Source: Macrostomum lignano (taxonomy: Eukaryota). Taken from it: a stretch of 64,000 bases of DNA. Of this stretch, positions 49,801-60,914 are shown in pieces; positions within the stretch are counted from its first letter, which is position 1, and each line of letters opens with the position of its first letter. Under the pieces are notes generated by a model. The model was not told the DNA's origin and ran no database searches. It saw only the letters and a list, made by a program, of their open reading frames with translations. The DNA lies in contig NIVC01000679.1 of the NCBI GenBank assembly GCA_002269645.1, positions 186,001-250,000 of the forward strand, given 5' to 3'. The translations under genes were made by a program, and so were the position numbers.

Positions 49801-52800
49801 AGCAAATTAATCGATTTCAGCATAAAAATGTGCAGATTATTGATTTTTCGCCCTGCGAGAGGTGCGTACTTTAATTTGCTTCTTTAAACTGAAATTTAGT
49901 CTTTCATAAACCCGGAGCTTCTGTCCCTGAGTCCCTGTCACACTCACCTTTAGTTGTCTTCGAGTCCCTGTCACACTCACCTTTAACTGTCCTTAAGTCC
50001 CTGTCACAAACCCTCACCTTTAACTGTCCTCGAGTCCCTGTCACAAACCCTCACCTTTAACTGTCCTTGAGTCCCTGTCACAAACCCTCACCTTTAACTG
50101 TCCTTGAGTCCCTGTAACAAAGCCTTACCTTTAACTGTCCTTGAGTCCCTGTCACAAACCCTCACCTTTAACTGTCCTTAAGTCATGTTGTCATCAGATA
50201 AAACCTATTAACTATCGCTTTTTTACCTCTGCAGGTACCTGGTAACCTTCAGTCCCAGCGTGACTAAGGAGGATCCTCACGCCATCAAGATGTTCGAAGT
50301 TGACACTGGCAAGATGAAGCGCAGTTTCCTGCACGAACAGGCGGCCAAGTGGCCCGTATTTAAATGGAGCCACAAGGGCGAATTCTTTGCCAGAGTGCAA
50401 ACGGGCAAAGCGCTGCAGGTGTTTGAGACCCCGAGTTTCTCTCTGCTAGATAAGAAATCCATCAGTGTGCAGGACGTGCAGGATCTGAGCTGGTCTCCTA
50501 CTGACAATATCCTGGCCTATTGGATTGCCGAGACGGACAACCAGCCCGCCAGGGTTATTCTAATGACTATGCCGGAGAAACGAGAGGTGGCTACTAAGAT
50601 GCTGTTTAATGTGGCCGATTGCAGAATGCACTGGCATCCGCAGGTTTGTTTGCACTTTTGTACTTTTGATAGCCTCTCCTAGTGCGTGCGAAATCGCCCT
50701 TAAATGTCCCCCGTCTGCTGAAATCTCCCTTAAAATGTCTTCGTCCGATAAAGTCGCCTTAAATGTCCCCAATCTGATAAAATCGCCATTAAATATCCCC
50801 AATCTGATAAATCGCCAATAAATGTCCCCCATCTGATAAAATCGCCATTAAATATCCCCCATCTGATAAAATCGCCATTAAATATCCCCCATCTGATAAA
50901 ATCGCCATTCAATGTCCCCCATCTGATAAAATCGCCATTAAATATCCCCCATCTGATAAAATCGCCATTCAATGTCCCCCATGTGATAAAATCGCCATTC
51001 AATGTCCCCCATCTGATAAAATCGCCATTAAATATCCCCCATCTGATAAAATCGCCATTTAATGTCCCCCATCTGATAAAATCGCCATTAAATATCCCCC
51101 ATCTGATAAAATCGCCATTTAATGTCCCCCATCTGATAAAATCGCCATTCAATGTCCCCCATGTGATAAAATCGCCATTAAATATCCCCCATCTGATAAA
51201 ATCGCCATTTAATGTCCCCCATCTGATAAAATCGCCATTAAATATCCCCCATCTGATAAAATCGCCATTCAATGTCCCCCATGTGATAAAATCGCCATTT
51301 AATGTCCCCCATCTGATAAAATCGCCATTTAATGTCCCCCATCTGATAAAATCGCCATTTAATGTCCCCCATCTGATAAAATCGCCATTTAATGTCCCCC
51401 ATCTGATAAATCGCCATTAAATATCCCCCATCTGATAAAATCGCCATTAAATATCCCCCATCTGATAAAATCGCCATTTAATGTCCCCCATCTGATAAAA
51501 TCGCCATTTAATGTCCCCCATCTGATAAAATCGCCATTAAATATCCCCCATCTGATAAAATCGCCATTTAATGTCCCCCATCTGATAAAATCGCCATTAA
51601 ATGTCCCCCATCTGATAAAATCGCCATTTAATGTCCCCCATCTGATAAAATCGCCATTTAATGTCCCCCATCTGATAAAATCGCCATTTAATGTCCCCCA
51701 TCTGATAAAATCGCCATTAAATATCCCCCATCTGATAAAATCGCCATTAAATATCCCCCATCTGATAAAATCGCCATTTGATGTCCCCCATCTGATAAAA
51801 TCGCCATTAAATATCCCCCATCTGATAAAATCGCCATTTAATGTCCCCCATCTGATAAAATCGCCATTAAATATCCCCCATCTGATAAAATCGCCATTAA
51901 ATATCCCCCATCTGATAAAATCGCCATTTAATGTCCCCCATCTGATAAAATCGCCATTAAATATCCCCCATCTGATAAAATCGCCATTCAATGTACCCCA
52001 TCTGATAAAATCGCCATTCAATGTACCCCATCTGATAAAATCGCCATTCAATGTCCCCCATCTGATAAAATCGCCATTCAATGTCCCATAGCCCTGCTAA
52101 ATAGGCAAAAATAATGACTAGTGTTTTAATTATCTAAACATTCCTGTCTGCATGTACCTCACCCCGTGATTTAACACCTTCAGGGCAACTATCTGTGTGT
52201 CCGCGTCAACCGCTACACAAAGAAGAAGCTGGACGCTGACAATACGCCCAAGTACATCAACATCTACACCAACTTCGAGGTGTTCCGTATGCGCGAAAAG
52301 AACATCCCAGTTGAAAAAATTGAAGTCACGGACGCTGTCTCCTGCTTCACCTGGGAGCCGCACGGCAGCAAGTTCGCCATGGTGCAGGGCATCGCTAGCA
52401 AAGGCCTGTCCGTTGTATTTTATCAGGTGAACGCGCACGACATCGAGAAGGTGAAGGTGCTGGAGAAGCGCAATGTCAACACGATCAGCTGGTCGCCTAT
52501 TGGTCAGCACGTTGTTCTGGCTGGCCTCAGATCTGCCAATGGCGGCCTGGAGTTTATCGACACCTCCGACATGAAGACCACGGCCAATCAGGAGCACTTC
52601 GGCGCCACCGATATTGAGTGGGATCCAACTGGGCGCTACGTTGTTACCACCGTGTCATTCTGGCACGTGAAAGTTGACAATGCTAGTCACGTGTACTCTT
52701 CGCACGGCACTTTGCTGTACAAGCTGAACAAGCTGGAGCGAATCTGTCAGTTCGCTTGGCGACCGAGGCCGCCAACTCTGCTGTCTGATGAGCAGATTAA

Positions 52801-53984
52801 GGTAATTAATTAGCAAGGCGATCTGTCATTCTGCTGAACCTGGGAATTGTCCTGCACACCCGTTGAAAGCAATACCGTGACACAGTCGCTAAAAGTCCTT
52901 GCAAACAACTCACTAGTGACTCTAGCGACCCTAGGGCGATTCTTGTGACTTTTTAGCAACTCAAAGCGCGTCACATGAGTTGCAGAATCGTAAAAGAGTC
53001 GTTCAAGAATCGTTGTGTTGGCGCTGTACTCTGCTAGAGAGGTGACTCTTGATTCATCACGCGACTCTTGGCACGCCTCAAATACTACTCTACGGCCCCA
53101 GAGTCTTTTTAGAGTCGCAGACAATAAAAAACGCTTCAAAGTGACTCTTCTTGGCTTGGGTACCGATTTCAACGGAACGATCCATCCCCTTGTGTTTTTG
53201 AAAAATTGTACTTTTAAAATGATGCATCCAGTTCTGCTTCTGTTTAAAAAAAGCTGAAGACAACATTATACCAAATCTATTCTGATTGAAGATGTTAAAA
53301 CATTACATTAGGAAATCGTCTTTCAAAGCTAAAATTTAATTCTTCATTTGTTAATATTTCAAACAACCAATTCTCAGAACATCAAGAAGAACATGAAGAC
53401 CTACAGTCGCCGGTTCGAGAAAGAGGATCTGCAGTCCTCCACTCGCGCCAGCAAAGAGCTGCTCGAGAAACGCGCCCGACTCAATACCGAGTACGAGAAA
53501 TGGCGCGCCAAGTTGCTCGAGAAGTTCCGCGGCGAGAAGCAGAAACGCTTGGAGCTGAGAGGTAAGTTAAGGTCTTAAGGAAGGGCAGCAGGATCTGGAG
53601 GGGCAGCAGGCACTGAAGAATCTGAGGGGAGGGGCAGCAGCCACTGAAGGATCTGAGGGGAGGAGCAGCAGGCACTGAAGGATCTGAGGGGAGGGGCAGC
53701 AGGCACTGAAGGATCTGAGGGGAGGGGCCGCAGGCACTGAAGGACCTGAGGGGAGGGGCAGCAGCCACGGAAGGATCTGAGGGGAGGGGCAGCAGGCACT
53801 GAAGGATTTTGAAGGTCTACAAAGAGCCGCCAATGCCGCACTGACTCCTGAACCACCTGACACCACAGGCGTGGACACGGACGAGCTGGACAGCAACGCG
53901 CAGGATTTCGTAGAGGAGACGCTGGAATTCCCCATCAAGGTGGAACGCATTCGCATTGACAAGCTGCCCCAGGTTGCTGAGTAG
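37842..53984 (+). CDS. EIF3B: Eukaryotic translation initiation factor 3 subunit B, 6 exons, ~692 aa
   Basis: Exons 37842-37923, 49192-49861, 50235-50643, 52184-52801, 53378-53561, 53869-53984 in consistent phase. FTDPDDFVDDI|ELLGDIL, RRM region, [42 protein letters not shown] and GVDTDELDSN all match eIF3b. Confidence 0.96.
38416..40656. mobile_element. Foldback-like element with ~180-bp inverted arms, nested in the hAT element
   Basis: 38416-38596 is the reverse complement of 40095-40252 plus 40634-40656, the right arm being split by a MITE. No TSD identified. Confidence 0.6.
40253..40624. mobile_element. MITE with 9-bp TSD (Mutator-like), 372 bp
   Basis: TGTCTGAAT duplicated at 40244-40252 and 40625-40633; TIR core CTCCCTAAAACACGCCCCGCACCG at both ends; AT-rich interior. 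Confidence 0.8.
41560..41597 (-). ncRNA. Degenerate minimal type I hammerhead ribozyme in the Penelope 3' region
   Basis: Minus strand GCC-TTGACGA-C-ATC-TTGTGTTT-GAC-GAAAC-GC-ATT-GGC: stem I GCC/GGC, core (C>T)TGANGA and GAAA; two G>A changes weaken stems II and III. Confidence 0.55.
41770..42156. mobile_element. hAT-type MITE, 387 bp, inserted at the end of the Penelope ORF
   Basis: 8-bp TSD ACTCTTAG (41762-41769, 42157-42164); TIR TAGAGGT(T/C)GGACGGGAT. Confidence 0.88.
43105..43333. mobile_element. hAT-type MITE, 229 bp, same family as 38309-40929
   Basis: Ends CTGGGTTTTTTT / AAAAAAACCTAG; flanks ATTTTATG and ATTTTATA (7/8 TSD match); internal GGGTGC(G/A)ATTTT repeats. Confidence 0.7.
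44400..44657. mobile_element. TA-flanked MITE with CATGCGCAAC TIRs, 258 bp
   Basis: TA|CATGCGCAAC ... GTTGCGCATG|TA. Confidence 0.7.
45809..46203. mobile_element. MITE-like element with ~65-bp imperfect inverted ends
   Basis: 45809-45875 is approximately the reverse complement of 46137-46203; TSD not resolved. Confidence 0.5.
46901..47118. mobile_element. Second, inverted and truncated copy of the CATGCGCAAC MITE
   Basis: Imperfect reverse complement of 44400-44620, ending GTTGCGCATG|TA. Confidence 0.75.
47510..47779 (-). mobile_element. Degenerate Ty3/Gypsy gag fragment
   Basis: IEVWLKHLDHYLTYKEVKEKAKVAILVIAINKEAYNMLRNL resembles the gag N-terminus pattern W..YLE..E.YF....V....KVA.L...IG..AY..LRNL. 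Confidence 0.55.
48123..48602. mobile_element. hAT-type MITE, 480 bp
   Basis: 8-bp TSD TTTTCAAT (48115-48122, 48603-48610); TIR TAGGGGGCA; very AT-rich core. Confidence 0.82.
49925..50180. repeat. 37-bp intronic repeat (GAGTCCCTGTCACAAACCCTCACCTTTAACTGTCCTT)
   Basis: eIF3b intron 2. Confidence 0.9.
50690..52090. repeat. 30-bp minisatellite (AATGTCCCCCATCTGATAAAATCGCCATTT)
   Basis: eIF3b intron 3. Confidence 0.95.
53580..53812. repeat. 31-bp G-rich minisatellite, locus 3
   Basis: eIF3b intron 5. Confidence 0.93.
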
Positions 53985-55212
53985 TCCGCCAGGCCAGACC
54001 AATTGACTCCTTTGTCTGCTGTCGTTGTGTGCGTGCCCAGTGCCGTGTCTGATACAATAGTATCGCCGTCTCCGCCTATTTTTAGCCCAGTCTGAGTCCG
54101 TATCTTTAGCTAAATTTTGGTCACCACAGGCCGTTGCAATGTCGGCGCTGCACTTGTGCGGTGCCTCTTGCCGCCTGTTGACCCAATCGGCATTGTGCTG
54201 CCACTTCTCCCAGCTGCAGCCTGTGCCATTCTGCGATTATAATTTGTTAGTTCAAAGTTCCCTGTTATCTCCTGTCCGTGTTCCATCTTTGTCTTAACTT
54301 CCTCGAACCGTTTTGTGTGACTCCAGAGATTTCTATCGACATTGTGCTTGCTGTTGTGTTTTTCTGTCGCTAGCCGAAAATTTGCTAAATTATTTTTTGC
54401 CAGCTTTTCAAACACTCGGTTGTGGGTTTATTTCTTGTGTCAAGTTATTGGGTTATGACTGATGAATGTTTATCTATGATGATGAGGGTCTGTGCTCTGT
54501 GTGACTTGCTTGATGCTTCTTCCATATTTAAAATGCTGTTCCTGTTAATTTCATTCGTTTGTTTGTTTATTAACTCCTTTTCTGTGCCTCCCGAATGTCT
54601 CTGCCCCTTGGTAGCCTCTATATACATATATTATACTGTTGCTGGATCTAATATTTAATAATTAATCATATTGATAAATTGTGTGTACTAACAGGCCCAG
54701 AATTTATTATTGTGTTAATTAATGCTTAACTGTTTAGCGCTCTGTTTGTGTCCACTTGACAGCAAGTCAATTATAATTTATGGTGTCTGCTAATGCTGAC
54801 TGATGCGAACGCTATTGGGAATTTGTGCTGGAATAAAAACATCTTGCGCGCGTTCTAGCTTTGTTCTAATTTTATTTCCTGTCAATCATTGCACAGTCAT
54901 TAGAGCCGAAAGTGCCCAGCAAATCTAATTGTTTTTATTTGCAACAGAAAGCACTTTCGGTGTCATACCTGTGCTACAGCAGTTGTCATTTTGCCATCTG
55001 AAACAGATTGAAGTGCGTCTAAATCGATCGATATTTTACAGTGCTGCAGGCCATCTTATTTCGTGCAACATTGTTATCTTTTTTTTAATCGACCGAAATC
55101 GGCGAGTTTCAAAAATTCGCATACGCACTTTTTCTTTCATTTGGCACACATACATAAATAAGACATAATTTATATTTTTGAAAATTGACATTTCTACTTA
55201 ATCACCGCACTA

Positions 55213-56115
55213 CGAGGGGTGTCCCAGAAGTAGTGCCACTTTCGTTTGCTTTGACAAGTATTAATGTATGTTTAAAAAATCATATGCCTTAAAAGTTAGC
55301 GCCCTATTTTTGCTTTTATGCCACGAAAGTCCGATTTTTATGTGCTTCCTGCTGTGAGCAGCATGCGTTACCCTTGGCCATAGAAATACACACCGCATAG
55401 TGCTTCTATGCTCACTCAGAAGAAAGCCACAGTACAGCTGATCAAGCACAGACTTGCAAGACAGCAGCTTGCAATATTTGTTCCTGTCATGGACCCAAAC
55501 ATTCACTCCACAGAAGGGCAAAGACGCAATTTTTACACTTTTGAGTCTTAGTCAAAAATGCTCTGAAATTCACGAAAACCTGACCCGCATTCACGGTCCC
55601 GATTCCATCAGTCGACGAACGGTTTACAGATGGATCCAATAGTTCGAGGCTGGTAGAGCTAATCAGCAGCATACGTGCGCAACCTTGGGAATCACCCGGC
55701 CGTTTCTATTGGCAACACAGACATGTAAGTCGCTATTGGCTGAGAGCAGTCACGTGACTACTATTCTGTCCAATAGCGACATACATCATAACATGTGTGT
55801 GTTGCCAATAGAAACAGCCGAGTGAATCCCAAGGTTGCGCCCAAGCATGTGCCAGCTCTACCAGTAGAGATAATCAGCTCTACTTGTGGCTTTCTTCTGG
55901 GTGAGGATAGAAGCACAATGCGGTGTGTATTTCTATGGCTAAGGGTATGCGAACAAATGCATGCTTGCTCACAGCAGGAAGCACTTATAAAAATTGGACT
56001 TTCGTGGCATGAAAGCTAAAATAAGCCGCTAACTTTTAAGGCATATGATTTTTTAAACATACATTAATACTTGTGAAAGCAAGCAAAAGTGACACTACTT
56101 CTGGGACACCCCTCG
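55213..56115 (+). mobile_element. Internally deleted mariner element, 903 bp, with ~230-bp inverted arms
   Basis: TA|CGAGGGGTGTCCCAGAAGTAGTG ... CACTACTTCTGGGACACCCCTCG|TA; remnant HTH SEIHENLTRIHGPDSISRRTVYRWIQ*FEAGR at about 55560-55660. Confidence 0.88.
55674..55842. mobile_element. Palindromic ~170-bp element nested in the mariner
   Basis: TA|CGTGCGCAACCTTGGGA..TTTCTATTGGCAACAC mirrored by GTGTTGCCAATAGAAAC..TCCCAAGGTTGCGC; centre AGTCACGTGACT. Confidence 0.65.
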
Positions 56116-56929
56116 TACATTTCTGATACATGATACTACTGTTACATGCCAGTTACATGATCCTCATTTTGCCAGTATAAACGAAAAGCTCTAAGAATAA
56201 CAATACGCTCGTAAAGATGTAATAAAGGCATATCATAATAATAGATGTATATTGGGTCTGCCTCCTATCCAAAGCAATAGCAATTTTCGTGCTGAAAATA
56301 TACCTGTCTCCTAAAGTTTTCAAGAAATTTAGTTTCCCGTTCTAGTTGAGTAGTCCTTGATCGGGAGCAGAGCCATCAATTTATATCGGACTGGCTGTAC
56401 TTCAACCTCAAACCTGTGTCCCCATTCATCTCACCGATTCACACCTGGATCCCAATCTAATAAGCTTGTGTCGATCCCTGCAATTCACATCTGGACTTGC
56501 AGCGCCCCTAGCAATATGCATGTTCTAGTGCATGCATAGATATATTTTGCCGACGCTACACTATAATGTCCATTGCATTCTCGGCTGCCTTTAACGTCTC
56601 TGTTAGCGGAGTACTTTGTTATCAGTGATTATTGGCTAGGTAATCAATACGTACCGCATCTTGCAGAAATAATGTACTTCGGATCTTAAATCACACTCAG
56701 GATTCTTCATCTCTCGCCCTGTTTTGTTTCCTAATCTCACATGAAGCACTTGAAAATCTCAAATTGATTCACAGGTCTCTTCTATTGAATCCTGCATCTG
56801 GGAGTATTGGTGTTATAATTAAATTTGATAGACTAGAAATTGCTGGTTTGACTAGTTGTAACATTTTTTGTTTCCCTAAATCTCAATTTCGACTCAATAC
56901 TTTTTGTTCCTATTAGTTAAAATCAATCA

Positions 56930-58510
56930 TTATTCATTGATTAGACTAATTGCACTTCCCTGTGGACACCATGCTTTGCACTCGAGCACATCCTTGAACA
57001 GGTTGCTGTTCAGTATCATTACATAAACCCGGATTCGGCTACCCGGCGAAGGTGCACCATCGATCCGTTTGGAGCACCAGTTCTGCACTGCACGAGCATA
57101 GTGCACTTGTTTTGGCTACAGTCCGAACTGCTCAATACACGGCATCTTGAACCACAGCTGATTGTAACGATTGCCTAGCACTAGCAGTAGCCTATCAGTG
57201 CCTTGGATATCGAATCGAATGTGATTTGTGTCAGACATTGCTTCCTTCAGCTCATTGTCGCTTAACTGACCAGCCAGGCTAAACTTTCTCCACCCATTTA
57301 AAAAGCATTGGGATCTGTTGAAGCCACCCAAGAGACTTACTGGATTGCTCCATCTCGTCCAACACTCGGCTGACCGCTAAGGTAAACAGACTCAAACTGC
57401 CATAGACGAAGTACTCGGACAGATAGTGGGAATAGAAAGGCGGCATGGCTGTTTGCAGAGGAAACACCAGCATATAGTCTTGCATATTCAACACCTTGAT
57501 CCCGGCTGTGATTGGAGACGAGATATCGATCGTTGCCTAGTCAAAGTCGACACTAATTGATAATACCTGTTGCCTAGCAGAGCGATGGCAAGAAGCCTGC
57601 CAAAATGTTGATTATCGATGTGCCGACGAACTGAACCAATAATCCTTGGAAACTTGTCACTTTAGCCAACAAAATCAACCGTTTAAAGTATTGAATTATT
57701 AGTAAAATAACTGATTATCTCGTCGAAATTAAGCCGCTCTACACTAGCCGGGTATTGGTCGATGCCGACACATAAGTTAGCAAAGCCCTCCTGAAATTTC
57801 GGATCCCAACTACCCGTTAGCAAGCTGCGCTTATCAAAGGAGATTTCGGCTTCCAGTAAACCATCAAAATCAGACTTGATGAGGAAGGCTATTAGAGACT
57901 CCACAGTCCACTGATCCTGACTAACGGGTGTGGAGTATTCGAAAATCTGTCCTAGCAGCGTCTTTACAGTTCGAGCCTTTAAGCTATCAGACCAATCCAA
58001 GATATGCATGCATAGCCAGTCTACGCAGGAATTGAACAGTTCAATGGTCTTCTATTAGGCCGTCTCCAGCAAAGAGTTCGTACAAGTTCCTAGCGATGGA
58101 TTCAGACGTCAAAGTATCCGTGCTGACCTTCATCAGTTCAAACGGGTCGCGGTCGAGCTGCAGCGGATCTCTCGGCACACTACCTAACGCGTCGAAGCCC
58201 ACCTGTTGGTTGAAATTTCCGCAGGAGAATTCGTATAGAAATCCTGACAAGGATTGGCACTTCTGTTCATCCAGCCGAGCATGCGGGTGACCTCGGACAG
58301 GCTCACCGCGGTCAGCGTGGTGCTGTTGAACTTCACAGTAGGAGCGATGCGAACTCCTCCGCATTGCACCTCCGCTACTAGACGCAGCAGGGCTGCGGCT
58401 AGCAGCACAAAACTATAAGACGTCACCAAGCTATTCAAGATTTCCCCAGAGCTAAGCGAAATCAACCCGACAGTTCTCAAGAGAGAGAGGGTGACAAAAT
58501 TTATAGCCAA
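56930..58510 (-). pseudogene. Decayed, apparently intronless neprilysin/M13 peptidase-like gene
   Basis: Fragments in shifting frames: MNRSANPCQDFY/EFSCGNF, KTIELFNSCVD (preceded by in-frame TAA TAG), LVFP..PPFY..YFVYGSL, EAMSD, QNWCSKRIDGAPSPGSRIRV..LNSNLFK..C. No HExxH where expected; no clear ATG. Confidence 0.75.
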
Positions 58511-58837
58511 ATTTTGTTAAAATTATTTCTAGCTACAGTGTCTTAATCCAATTTTGGTAAACAGAAAATTTCTACATTTTTGTTGGCGCGAAACTCTTAT
58601 TGAAAAAAGAAACTACGAGCCTGAAAACAAACAAAAAACAACAATTAATTACATCGTTAATTCCAGTCTTTCGATTTGTTAATGCAGACACTACCAAAAT
58701 CAAGCGGTATATTTACACTTAGCAATGGCTATCATAGAGATTAATAATTTGTACAGATTTCGTCGAAAACCACTAAGTAAGTTCCAGGATCATAAAGCGA
58801 GGCTAGGGAATTGGGGATAATAAAGTGAAACTCGAGA

Positions 58838-59447
58838 TCAGGAAGTGACACTCGGGAACTGAAAGTAGGGATCAGGAAGTGACACTCGGGCACTGGAAGT
58901 AGGGATCAGGAAGTGACACTCGGGCACTGAAAGTAGGGATCAGGAAGTGACACTGGGGCACTGGAAGTAGGGATCAGGAAGTGACGTTAGGGAACTGAAA
59001 GTAGGGATCAGGAAGTGACACTCGGGAACTGAAAGTAGGGATCAGGAAGTGACACTCGGGCACTGGAAGTAGGGATCAGGAAGTGACACTCGGGCACTGG
59101 AAGTAGGGATCAGGAAGTGACACTGGGGCAATGGAAGTAGGGATCAGGAAGTGACACTGGGGCACTGGAAGTAGGGATCAGGAAGTGACGCTCGGGAACT
59201 GGGGATCAGGAAGTAACACTCGGGAACTGAAAGTAGGGATCAGGAAGTGACGCTCGGGAACTGGGGATCAGGAAGTAACACTCGGGAACTGAAAGTAGGG
59301 ATCAGGAAGTGACGCTCGGGAACTGGGGATCAGGAAGTAACACTCAGGAACTGAAAGTAGGGATCAGGAAGTGACGCTCGGGAACTGGGGATCAGGAAGT
59401 AACACCCGGGAACTAGGGATCAGGAAGTGACGCTCGGGAACTGGGAT
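58838..59447. repeat. ~34-bp minisatellite (GGGATCAGGAAGTGACACTCGGGCACTGGAAGTA)
   Basis: Intergenic, downstream of EAPP. Confidence 0.93.
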
Positions 59448-59586
59448 TAAAATAAAAAACTGAAAAAAACTCACTTCTTGTTTCTGCAACGCAGAATTTT
59501 TCTCTACTTTTACCTTTAAAAGATGAATAACAATAGGCGACTCCCCGTTCGGGTTCATAAAAGATAAAAATTCCAGTTATGCCATT

Positions 59587-60235
59587 CTATCCGTGACTAG
59601 CCAGTACATGAAAAAAATGAAACACTTCGTCGGAATCTTGCACGGCAACCACTGTGCCGCATACCGAACACCGCACAGGGTGGTAAACTTCTTCGTGATT
59701 TGTTGTTCCACTATTCCTACTGCCGCCTCCATCGCCCAGAGAGGTAGCATCGGTGGCATTTAAAGTTTCATTCGTATTGACGCAACAATTGGTAACGAAC
59801 ATGGCTCTGTACTGATTCTTGTAGCGAACGTGGCGTTGACAATCGAGACAGACTAACGACATGCAGGCTGGGCAGTTGAGCACCGCGTCTGTGGACCGGC
59901 CAGCGCCCGACAAGGCGGTACCGCGCAGCCGATCAACCCACTGCTGGTCAGCTGCGTCAGCATCTGGATCGTAGTGCGGAGCTGGCGGCGTCTCCGCTGT
60001 GCCATCAGCGCCTTTACTGATGGCAGCTGCACCGCCTTCGGCAAGCTCAGTCTCCTCGTCTACATCTTCATCAAAGTCCTCATCCTCTGGAATCTCTTCG
60101 CGATCCTGAAATTTTTGTTGCCTTGCATTTGTTTCTTAACAGTTGTAAGAGCTGATAGTAAGCTTATGACGTTCTCGAGACTGCGTCAAGGACTACTTAA
60201 GTAGAAGAATGGGAACCTACGCTTCTTAAAAACAT
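59587..60235 (-). CDS. EAPP: E2F-associated phosphoprotein homolog
   Basis: Main exon 60105-59587 after tttcag: acidic N-terminus, [64 protein letters not shown]. The start is uncertain: a possible 15-nt exon 60235-60221 (MFLRS) or trans-splicing. Confidence 0.88.
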
Positions 60236-60285
60236 TTTAGGAGACAGGTTTTACCGAAAAATTCATTATGGTTAGTTAGCTGGCA

Positions 60286-60629
60286 GGGTCGCCATCATAA
60301 ACCCGAAATATCATAAATCCGAAATGTTACAAACCCGAAATATCACAACTCCGAAAACCAAAATAGCATTGCCCATCACAAACCCGACATATCACAACTC
60401 CGAAAGCGTTAGCAACGCACAACATAAACCTGAAATATCACAAACCCGAAATATCATAACCAAAATAGTGTTGGACATTGCTAGAACTTTGAAGTTATGA
60501 TATTTCGGGTTTATGATGGGCAATGCTATTTTTTCGTAGTTATGATATTTCGGGTCTGTGCTATTACGGGTTTATGATGGAAAGCTCTTTTCGGAGTTGT
60601 GATTTTTCGGGTTTGTGATGCCCCCCCCC
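60286..60629. mobile_element. MITE with GGG/CCC ends and 8-bp TSD, 344 bp
   Basis: AGCTGGCA at 60278-60285 and 60630-60637; inverted subterminal arrays of (C)ATCA(T/C)AAACCCGAAAT. Superfamily uncertain (Merlin-like or hAT). Confidence 0.75.
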
Positions 60630-60914
60630 AGCTGGCACACTCCAAGCGACATTGTCACACAACCGGCGAGAGGCATTACTGCCCATTCCGCCGACTCCCC
60701 TGAGCAGGCACACAAGCGCGCGGATACGTACGCAGTCATACGCACAGGCACACACTCACACAGGAGTGTACATCGACCCAAACTTTATATTATCGTTAGG
60801 CATGTACACTTCACTGCGCCTTGGGGGTTGGCCCTCAAGGGCGTTAATTGACGAGCAGACTCGAAATTAATGTGACTGCACTTGGAATCGAGCCCGCGGG
60901 CCGCTGACACATCA
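60630..60914 (-). mobile_element. 5'-truncated tRNA-derived SINE copy
   Basis: B-box-like GGCTCGATTCC; about 230 nt highly similar to 61870-62125 in opposite orientation; abuts an (ATCA)n run. Confidence 0.7.

Noticed and set aside
50730-52081. NGDFIRWGTL-repeat ORFs
   Set aside because: 30-bp array in eIF3b intron 3.
52860-53165. Possible MITE in eIF3b intron 4 with recurring GTGACTC/GAGTCG motifs
   Set aside because: Could not define matching TIRs or a TSD.
54110-54658. ORFs of 60-101 aa downstream of eIF3b
   Set aside because: Probably within or antisense to the 3' UTR; no motif recognised.
58583-58593. E2F-like site TTGGCGCGAAA
   Set aside because: Single short motif, lying downstream of EAPP and upstream only of a pseudogene; insufficient support.
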